Positions 54,101-64,000 of a stretch of DNA of 64,000 nucleotides are shown one piece after another (the first letter of the stretch is position 1; every line of letters begins with the position of its first letter). Origin of the DNA: Geosiphon pyriformis uo1 (lineage: Eukaryota; Fungi; Glomeromycota). The notes beneath the pieces were generated by a model. The model was not told the DNA's origin. It did no database searches and was given only the letters and a program-made list of their open reading frames with translations. Both the position numbers and the translations under genes were made by a program. The stretch spans positions 561,814 to 625,813 of the forward strand of contig JAAOMT010000786.1 in the NCBI GenBank assembly GCA_016748015.1. The letters run 5' to 3'.

Positions 54101-54684
54101 AATAAGTATATTTTTTGTTTGCAAGTATAAAATTTGTTGATTTAATTGAAAGTTCGTAACGTCGGTATTTATTAATGTTTTGAACACATTATTAAACCTC
54201 ATTAACAAAATAAGCTTTTGTTCAGTTTTAAATAATGTTTATTATTTTTTTATTGCCTTTTTTTGAAATATTTCTATCATTATTTTTCAGACTATCAATT
54301 TTTTCCGTTGTTTAAAAAATGATGTTAAAAAATAATGAAAATTACTTTTACCATCAAAAATTATGAATTTGTAATCAAATCTTTTTAATAAAGTATAACA
54401 TATGACTGATAATATGTCATTTAATATAGTATTTATTTGAAAAAAAAAATAACAGCCATTTTAATAAAATTTTCTGTTCTAAGAATTTTGGGATTTTATT
54501 AATTGATTGATTTTCCACGTTCAAATTCAGTGAATTCTTCTCTATTGAAAATTAAAAATTAGCTATTCGTAAATTAGTTTTTGCCAACTGTGTCACTATG
54601 TTACTATTTAGGGATCGATAAATAGAAATTAACAATCTCTTCATTATAAAGCGCCCAGTGACTTTTTTCCATCTTCATTATTAA

Positions 54685-55961
54685 TTAAACTTTTGTAAAA
54701 CAATTATAGTATATTAATGCGGTAGTGATAAATGATAGAACGATAAACTTGACTTGCTGGGAATTCAAACATGTACATATTGGGGGGCAATTAGTATTGA
54801 TTTCAAAACCGTTCTTCCACAAATCTTCGCGTAAAGGCATTGACGCACATTTTTCAATCGTATCCAGTGATGCTTGAATAATTTGCTCATGGAGTTCAGA
54901 TTTAGATTGACGCGCGTCTAAAACCTATATATAAATAAATAAATGAAATTGTCATTTATGAAACAAGTAAATCTGTTATTAACGAAATCCCATATAGAAA
55001 ATTTTACCTTCCAAGAAGGATCTTGTAGCTTCATGAACATGGTTCTAACTTTTTCCTGAAAAGCTTGTTTTTCGTATCTTTCCTCCCCAAATCCACTTCG
55101 TTTCATGGCCTCCTCAGAACTTAAATCCATGAAGAAAACAAGATCTGGCTGAATGAGGCCAACATCAGGTGATTTGCACCAATCGATATCGATCCCCTAG
55201 AGAAAGGTTTAAAATGAAAGAAATTTCTGAAAATTGGAATATCCAAATATATATCATTATTAATATATAAGGATGTCTATTAATTTTGAATATAATTACC
55301 TTCGCAGCAGAATATGCTACACCTGAATACGCATAGCGATCCATTATGACAGTCGTTCCACTCAAAAGTATATTTTTGATGGACGTCCTGTAAGGCAAGT
55401 CATTTGGTCATCAAAGAATGAATATTTTTTTGGCCATTTTAAAAAGAAATGAAGAAATATATTTTCATAATTACAGAACGTTTATAAATAATCATATATT
55501 AAATACTTACATACACTCCCAACGATTAGCTGAAAAAAGTAGATGTATGGAACGATCATCCAAATCTTTGCATTTGAGATAGTCGTTGATTATTAGTCCA
55601 ATTGGAGTTGTACGGTCTTTCAACAATCATAAAAAAATTAAGAAACATGAAATATTTCCTCATGACTGTGTTTGAAACAAAACATAAAAAGAAAACAAGT
55701 TTAAATAAAACGTGTTGTCGGCACCGTACCAGGGAACTTCCATAGTCGCACAGGCTCAATGGCATTATTATTTTCCAATTTATTATCACCAAGACCAATA
55801 CGTGAATACTTTTGCTTTATGTACTCAACAAGTTTGGCAGCCTGTGTCGATTTTCCAGCTCTATCACAACCTTCAAAAATTATGAGCGCCCCACGTCCTA
55901 TTTGCTTTGTGGCCGTCGCTGCGACAGCAAGGTTTGAGGATGGTTTGCTGAGAAGAGCCAT
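54685..55961 (-). CDS. CDC8: Thymidylate (dTMP) kinase; exons 55961-55730, 55616-55511, 55387-55300, 55196-55008, 54924-54685
   Basis: [19 protein letters not shown]-loop, [47 protein letters not shown]; four GT-AG introns in frame. Confidence 0.94.
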
Positions 55962-56123
55962 TGGGGGTGGAAATGATTAACAACTCGCGATTGACGCGTC
56001 AAAATTCAGCTTGTAACTCCATTGGCTAGATGATTTACAATAATATTTGATCACCTCTGGGAAAAAACTTTAGCTTTTTCTGTAATTCTTTCATATCTTT
56101 TAATATTTATAGACAAATTTGTA
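55962..56123. promoter_or_regulatory. Bidirectional promoter with MCB-like elements
   Basis: 162 bp between divergent ATGs; TCGCGA at 55985-55990, ACGCGT at 55994-55999, ATTGG (reverse CCAAT) at ~56021. Confidence 0.6.
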
Positions 56124-57313
56124 ATGGAAATTCCAAGAAACAAAAATTCCTCCAAAGATCAACAAACATCAAAAAGCTCAAATAAACAGCAAAAAAACCG
56201 GTCCAATTTATTTTCAACCAGCAACACAAGTATTCCTAATATACAAAGTAAAAAAAGAAAGGTTACGACAACTTTTAATGGTGTCCTGCTAGAGATAGCA
56301 AAACCTTCTCTCAAACCAAAAGATCCAGGAGTATCAGCCCCCCAAAAACTCCCACCAAATGCAACAACGAATAGTTTCCAATTATCAGTGCCCAACATTA
56401 GTTCGCAAACTGAAATCAAAGATGACTTGCCTCCAGGACCAGTTGAGAATGAGTTGCTACCTTTTATTCCTACAGAACAAAAATTAACAGATAATTCAGT
56501 GTTACCATCACGAACGCCAACAAGCTTTAAATCATACCTTCAGTCACGATATCGAAAATTGAAAGACCAAAAACCCAGAGAGGCACGAATCTTTTCATAA
56601 TATAAAAAATTGATATTTTTTTGTCGAAATATGTTTATATAAGTGTGTGTTAATGTTTGTATTGATCTTTGGGGTACTGGTCTAACACCTCAGTTATCAA
56701 AACTATTCAATGGAATAGTTGTCTACATCAATGGTAAATAACGAACAAAAAATCCATTGGGATTTCCTTCCATTCTAATGCTACATCCTATTAAGGGATT
56801 CCTTTAATTTACAAACAATCTTAGGCTTCACTGGGAAAATTAATGATCTTGAGGTGAAGAGATTGATAAAGGCACACGGTGGTGAAGTCAGGTACCAAAA
56901 TCTTATAACCCTGTCTTTCAGTAATTTTTATTTTTAGTCTTCTTATACCATCACCGAATAACCCTAGCATGCTTGCATAATTCGGCTTCAACCAAGTTAC
57001 ACATTTAGCACAATTAAATGCACACATGTGGTTACCGCTATGCCCCTAAATGGTTCAAAAAATCATCAATACCTTACAGCAAAGACATCACGTATAAAGA
57101 TTGTTACACCTGAATGGGTGTCTCAAAGCGTAGAAGCTGGAAAGCGCTTGAATGAGGCTCGGTTTCGAGTTGTTCAGGATGAGGTTAGGCAATGATTATG
57201 TTGATAATTAAACATTTCTATAATGAGCTTACAAGCTTTTGTTTCAATAGACCCAAAAAAGTGTAGTAGAATTTATGTTCAATAAGTCACAAAGTGCGGC
57301 TAGGAATATTTGA
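56124..57313 (+). CDS. Stand-alone Rev1-like BRCT protein; exons 56124-56582, 56694-56733, 56825-56891, 56997-57183, 57251-57313
   Basis: SYLQSRYRKLKDQ...LFNGIVVYINGFT...LIKAHGG...CTHVV...IVTPEWVSQSVEAGKRLNEARF; the first intron needs a GC donor; no polymerase domain follows. Confidence 0.82.
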
Positions 57314-57749
57314 ATTTTAAGGAAGCAATGTGCTAAATAGCCATCATATAGGGTGCAATTAATTGCATTTATATAATTTGGAGTTATTAGAAAATTAAAA
57401 ATCAATGGTTATTAAATATCAATATTACTATATTTTATTTTGATATATATTTTTTGACAAAGTTTTTGATTTGAATTTTATTTATATCAAACATACAATT
57501 TAATCAATCATAGTTATGTTAAGAAATAAACATTATTATCAATTAAATTAAAGATTTTTTAGTTTTGTATTATTAAATTAAACTTCATTATTTTTACTAT
57601 TAATATTTAATAATAATATAATTTTAATTTTTTTACAAACATTACAATATTATATAAATTATATATATACATATATTAAACTTAAAAACCAATTTTTTTA
57701 ATTTAAAATATGTTATAAAATAATTTTGTTTTTTTATTGTTTTTTTTTA

Positions 57750-60700
57750 TTGTTTAATGAGTGAAATCCAAACATTACTTAGTACAATACATCATAAGAG
57801 ATCTAAACTAGGCATGAATCATGCATTTTCTATACGTGACCAGCCACTCAGGCCAATCAAAACTACACTAAGCATCTATAATAACCAACACAGAATCCCC
57901 AATACCTGAAAAAAATAAACAAGGTACATGAAAGCCAAAGCTAATGCCAAAAGCCTCTGCAATACCCAACATCTTTATTACTTCCACAAAAAATAATGAA
58001 GAAAGACCACACACTAGGCCAGAAACAAAGCCATCTTTAGGAATCAGGCCACGCTTTTCCATTAAAGCATGGTGACTCACACGAACCAGCCAAACCTCAT
58101 TCCTAAAAGCAAGACAAAAATTTCGCACAAATTCCACCACTCTTTGACAACCAATCTTCGAGTCCCTGAAAACTGAAACTGCTTTCTGAAAACAAAGTTT
58201 GAACATAAAGCCCTTACAAAATGCCAAACACAACAAAGTATCAAAAATGCAAGAGAGCATAAGCTGTATAAGTTGTGATGATAACTGGGGTAAACTGGAG
58301 AGTGCTTCTCAGATAGCCGCATACATGTCCAACAGCTGAGCATGGATAGCAGTATCAAAACCACAAGAGAAAACATGATCGGAAACTTTGACTTCACCAC
58401 AATACAAGCATAAAACACTGGGATAAGATCTACTATAAAGGCACTTGCAGACAGCAACAGGCAGTTGATGATGTAAAGCCTTCATGAAGTAAGTACAAAC
58501 ACCGGCAGAACATTTATCAGTGGAACCAGCAGCCATATGCATATCAGGATGCCACACGAGAGAAGACCTACACCAGTCCACATCATCATGCAAACTGGTG
58601 ACCAAGACCCTAGAACCCAAACCAATCTCCCATTGAATACGATGAACACAATGGAAAATATCATGAACAAAATGTCTAGAATTCCCAGAAACAGCCACAC
58701 CACCTGCCAAAATATAGCATGCATTCACATGCAAAGAAAGAGAATGTTCAGACATAGCAGCAGCTGTAGCAAGAGCATCTGCATGCTTATTACCCACAAC
58801 ACCAGAATGTCCTTTGACTTTAAATCAACAGATGTTCAGATTTTTATTATGAATCAAATTGTAAATGTGACAGTATTCTAACCAGCATCAATTTTGAAAG
58901 TCCAGAACCACCAGACCCAGCTTAGATTTGCATGCATTCAAAGCTGCCTGATTGTCAGAGAACAAATGAACAGAACTAAAGGGGGAAACACACTCAAGAG
59001 AAGACACCAAACCAGAGACTTCAACACCCAAACCCAAATCAACACCATCAAAAAAAATGGCAGCACCAGCCTGCATGCCAACAGTACCCAAACCAGCCAA
59101 AGAATCATCAGTATAAACCAAAATACTATCAGTATTAACACCAAGTAGACAATCGCAAATTGTAGCAAAATCAATCAAATCTAGAACATTTCAAGGGACA
59201 ACCCCACCAACAGCAGAAGACGTGACAGAAATGAGAGCCACTATGTTGATAAAAGAAACTGAAAGATCAAACCAGACAGGAACTGGCCCACATGAGTCCA
59301 ACCACTTCCAACATTTAAAGGTTGTCCAAGTAAAAGCAGTCCCACTGCGGTTTTGAAGTTGGTCCACAAAAGCAACACCATAACACCGAAGAGACAAAAG
59401 ACATCTGACAAATCTAGACTTACTAAGAACAGATATCATAGAGGTCCCTTTTTGAAAACAAAAAGCATTGGCTCCAATGCCACTCAGAGAAAGATTATAA
59501 TTATGAAATATATAAACCAAGCCTGCCAAAAAATTATCAGAAGCACTAACACTAATACGAGTAGGAAAATCCAAAGGATGGATCAAATGCCAACACAAAA
59601 CTTACAAGTCATAAGATCTGTAAGCAAACAAATGACCCAAAATACCAACTGAATTTGCAAAACAAACAACAGACACCACTTTGTGTTCAGTCTGGATTTG
59701 TTCAAAAGTTTTCAAGCCATACAATGAGAGGTGATGTAATGCATTATTGGAAAAATCCAAAGGCAGACCAGATTTTGATTTCAAACTCTTGCGAATTATA
59801 GTATCCCATTTGTTGTACATACTAGGAGAAACAAAGCTGAACTGAGTTCTGTAATTCACAATAGGGTGAAGGACTGAAGACACCAAATACAAAAATTGTT
59901 TATTAGAGATGGCCTTTTTTAACACAAGATTAGCAAAAAACTTGATGTCCAAGTAAGCTTTAGCAAGACTGAGTTTAGAAAAGCCTTCAGTGAACAAAAA
60001 GATACCCAAATACCAATAAGATTCCCTCTTTTTGGCCACAGATATAGGCATCTCACTTATTAAAAGAGAGAGATTTGCAATCCAGCAGTTGATAGGAATG
60101 GTCACGGTCTTATTATTGTTAATTGAAATGTTATTAATCTTAAAAAATTCACTAGTAACATCTAAAATGTGTTGTGTCACCACTTAACTACTACCAACCC
60201 AGATTGTATCATCCACAAAAGCGCCAGCAGCAAGAAATGAAGTTAACCCAGCTTGAGATTCCACACAACCAGTCCTAGAAATGAAATGAGAATTCAACCT
60301 ATACCCACATACACTCTCCTGTCTCTTAACCTCACACAGAAGAGGATCATAAAATATCTGCCAAAGAAGAGATGAGAAAACCTCTCCTTGGTCCAAGCCA
60401 TCATGCACATGATAACCACTTGTTAGTCCAAAATTGGTCATAATCCGGTTGGTATGACTACCATAAACACCCCCAAAAAATTGGATAAACTTGCTACACA
60501 TTTTGATCCTAACCAGACTATTTCTGAGATGTTTCCAACCAACAGAATCATAAGTCTTTTGCATGTCCTACAAAACCAGCCAGAGCTCCCAGTTCTTTTC
60601 TATAGCATTCTTGATCACTGAACCAACCACAAAAATGGGGAACTGAGTCGTAGTACCCTTTAAAACTAAAAAATTGTCATCATAAAGAACGTCGTACTTG

Positions 60701-63700
60701 CTGCACACCAATGAGATCCTGTCAGAAAGAATTTTGGAGAGAATCTTGCAAGCTGTCTTAATCAAAGCTATAAGATGAGTATTAGTGAGCATGTCTTTTC
60801 ATTCATAAGACTTAGGAATCATCGAAACCCAAGCCTCCCTCCAAACACCAGGAATTGATTCATCAGAAAGACAAGAATTGATGAGCACCAAAAGCATATT
60901 AAGAGCTAAACCATCACAATGCTTCCAGAGTTTGTTGGAAATGTCCAAAAGACCAGCAGCTTTTCCATCAGACAGATTGGAGATCACACCAAATAATTCA
61001 ACAAAACTAACACAGTCTATAACATTGGAAAAGGCACCATCAAAAACATGTTCTAGAGGCTAATACTGACAAGACCAATCCTTAGGCACATCATGAACCA
61101 TACCTTGCTTCTGTGTCTAATCCTCCATTATCTTATCTACTTTATCTTTAACATGATCAGGCTCCAAGATCAGCTTTTCACCCACCACCAAATGATCTAA
61201 AATGACTTTGCAAAAGGGCCACTCTAAGACACTCCTGATAGTGTAACCTTTGTTTGACTCAAAGCTCTCCATCCTTCTATTAATAGCAGACTTGATATAA
61301 GAATTCTCAGCACATTTCAACTCTAACAACTTAGAAGCATGATAAAATTTCCTGATCTTTGAAAGAACAGATTGTATATCATTCAAAGGAGAGCCTAAGA
61401 GAAAAAGAGATTTCACCAACAAAGCATTAACAGAATTAAGCAGAATCCAAGTTTCCAGCAGTGAAGTGAATACATCATGATCAATCAACCGGGAAGCTTT
61501 AACCAATTTAGACACCAGCAGCTCTAATCTATAAAACCTGGATGAGGTTTTGGTAAAAACTCCATCATATTCCTTGAACCATTTTTTTTTGAAAACCACA
61601 TTTGCCAAAAAACACAATGTCTTATGAACAGCATCCCACATAGCATCCAGATCCGAATGCATTTTGGCATTCAAGAAATTATCAAAGAGCATGGCAGCAT
61701 TAACTGCCATTTCATCCTTAAACTTTGACCATAAAGCATCATCAGCATCTTTAAAATTGTACTTCCAACAATCCTTATTTGCCTGTTTATGCAATGAGTT
61801 TAATTGCACATCCAGCAAACTGCTAAGACCCACAGAAACAAAAACAGCCTTATGATCAGTATTGAAAAACTTCTCAACACCAGTCACACCACGATCTAAA
61901 ATCGCATTAACTAGATTCAATGACACAAACACATAGTCAATAGTTTTGGCAACTCCCCAAGAATTATTCCACATAGCTTCTTTTCCATATGAGCTCCCAC
62001 CCAAAGAGTTAACCAAACCTAAATCAAAACACCTTTTGAAACTTGCACATTTGTAAGAACCATCTTCATTGAAATCGCCACCCAAGATGATGAAAGAAGA
62101 CTCATTTACTGCCCTTGCAATTAAAGAATTAACATTATCTGTCTGAGAGAAACGAACTGCCAGAGAAGCTCCAGCATACAGCTCCAAAACTGAGACAGAA
62201 AGATTATTTTTGAAAAAGAGCCTGAGAGAAAAAAACTGGCCAGAAATATCCAAAACTTTGCATACATGCCGAGCCAAAAAATTGTTTATAATAATCACAA
62301 TCCCAGAACTCAGGTGACCAGAATCCAAACCAGAAGTAAAAACCCAAACACCATTAAACTTGTTCATGATCCAAGAACAAAGAATTTGAATTTGCAACCA
62401 TAGACAAAACTAAAGCAAGAGGTTGAGAGACAGACATAGCAGGGGTTTTATTTGAAACAGACACCAAAAACACCAACTTGGCACCATTTAGGCATTTTAG
62501 TATACATAATACTTGGTCCAACAGGAGTTTCAAAGATTATTCTAAAGACAACAAGCATTCATTCAAAGCAGAGTTAAGTGTGAAAGTAGAAGGAGGCAGA
62601 CCACCAGAACCTGGACCACCAAAGGAAAAGAAACTTGAATCAGAACCAACAAAAAAACTAGAAGACGTAAATGCAAAAGAAATAACTTAAGCCTATAATT
62701 TACTGCCAAAGGCAGTTGGGCGAAAGATGGGAACACTTTTTTTTGCATACAACTTGGCAAGTTGGAGGCAATTCTCATCCAAAATGACCCGCTTTATAAA
62801 TGATTTTGGAGGCTTGGGAGTGGAAGCAATCTCAGCATCACACTCCAAAACTAAATGACCAAGTTTCCCACACTTATCACACCAAACAAGACCCAATCTA
62901 ACCCAAGAAAGCTTCACTCCACCAAGAATTGGAACTGTGCAAAAAGCTGACTCCAACATTTCGTTAGACTCAAAGCCGACCACAGCACAGCGAGTCCTAT
63001 TGCCACTTTCTAATGACTAATTAATAACACACATCTTCTCACCAGCCCCTTCCAAAAGATTTCCAAGATCATGTGCAGTTGTACCCACAGGCAAAGTAAA
63101 CAAAAGCGCTCTGAACTGATCTCTTGATGTCCATGTCTCACAATTCCCCACAGCTTTGGCCACTTGCACTGAATCTTTCCCGATCAAGAATGACCACTTA
63201 GCTGCCAACAGATCTACTTGGCTCAATTTGGCAAACTCTACCACAGCCTTCTGCTACAGCCCAATGAGTTACAATCGGATCGACACTACCTGACCAAACT
63301 CAGAAAGAGCAGCAACAATCATTCTCTTTGGTGTATCCATGGGAATTTTCTTTATTATTATGGCCCAATCTGAACAAATTCCTTGTTTCTTAAGATTGAT
63401 GTTTACGGTGATCCCCTCTTTTTTGGCCAATGATGTGGCCTTTTCCATGCTGATCTCTAAAGTGAAGGTAGATCTGATAATCTCTTCAAATTTTGAGGAG
63501 GTAGTGGTCTCCCCAAAACCATTAATTTTCGAAAATAATTTTCTGATGACCTGAATTTTAGCTGTAGCCAATTTGTTTTTCACAGCTAAAAAATTAATGT
63601 CCAGAGCAAAAAATTTTTTCACAGCAACTTCCACTTGAGTTTTGACTATTTTGGGATTTAACTACTTTCTTTCCAAAGAAATACCAAGAGGGGAAGGGAG

Positions 63701-64000
63701 GAAACCACCATTGTCGTCATCTATGTCATAATCCAGAGAACCAAAAGGGGAACCACAAGCCAAATCATTTTTAACTCTCTTTGCTCTAGGAGTTGTAGCA
63801 GCTGAACCAAGAAAAGACTTATTATTGTTACCGACCAGAATGTCATTAACAATACTACTACTAGAATCACTTTCCATATCAGAGTACATGCTTCTATCAG
63901 AATGAAATTTGGCCAAAGAAACACCACCTTTAATACCAGAATGCTTGACATTGCAAAGAGAAATCCTTTTTTTTTGTGAAAAAGAGCCACCAGCAGGACC
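57750..64000 (-). mobile_element. LINE (ORF1 plus ORF2 APE-RT-RNase H), stop-riddled, running off the window; ORF1/ORF2 junction deleted
   Basis: ORF2 pieces from 62397 to 57868 all share one frame and are homologous to 33664-38352; ORF1 pieces at 62693-63916 (CDKCGKLGHLVLEC); 3' UTR and T-rich tail at ~57725-57867. Confidence 0.95.

Overview
Eukaryotic, intron-rich fungal DNA. The gene style, TE families and AT richness suggest Glomeromycotina/Mucoromycota (Geosiphon-like); this taxonomy is inference. Ten host genes can be assembled by hand: Sec39/NBAS, an F-box protein, a Gly/Asn-repeat type I membrane protein, proteasome ATPase Rpt6, JMJD4, a Ras2-type GTPase, a GPI-anchored Kre9/Knh-like protein, a Crz1-like C2H2 factor, dTMP kinase and a stand-alone Rev1-like BRCT protein. 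They alternate with repeat islands: a nested LINE/LTR cluster (~8.3-22.6 kb), two tail-to-tail RNase H LINEs (~30.9-41.9 kb), a featureless AT island (52.5-54.1 kb) and a third LINE (57.7 kb to the end). The main candidate system is RIP-like C-to-T/G-to-A hypermutation of repeats. LINE ORF2s keep their frame over kilobases but carry transition-derived stops, and TSD pairs differ only by transitions. Erosion is strongest at island borders next to genes. Also notable: a 2-nt microexon needed to rebuild Ras, a U12-type intron in Sec39, an ORF1-only (HAL1-like) element, and an MCB-containing bidirectional promoter. Splice sites were read manually, borders of degraded elements are approximate, and base-composition statements are by eye.
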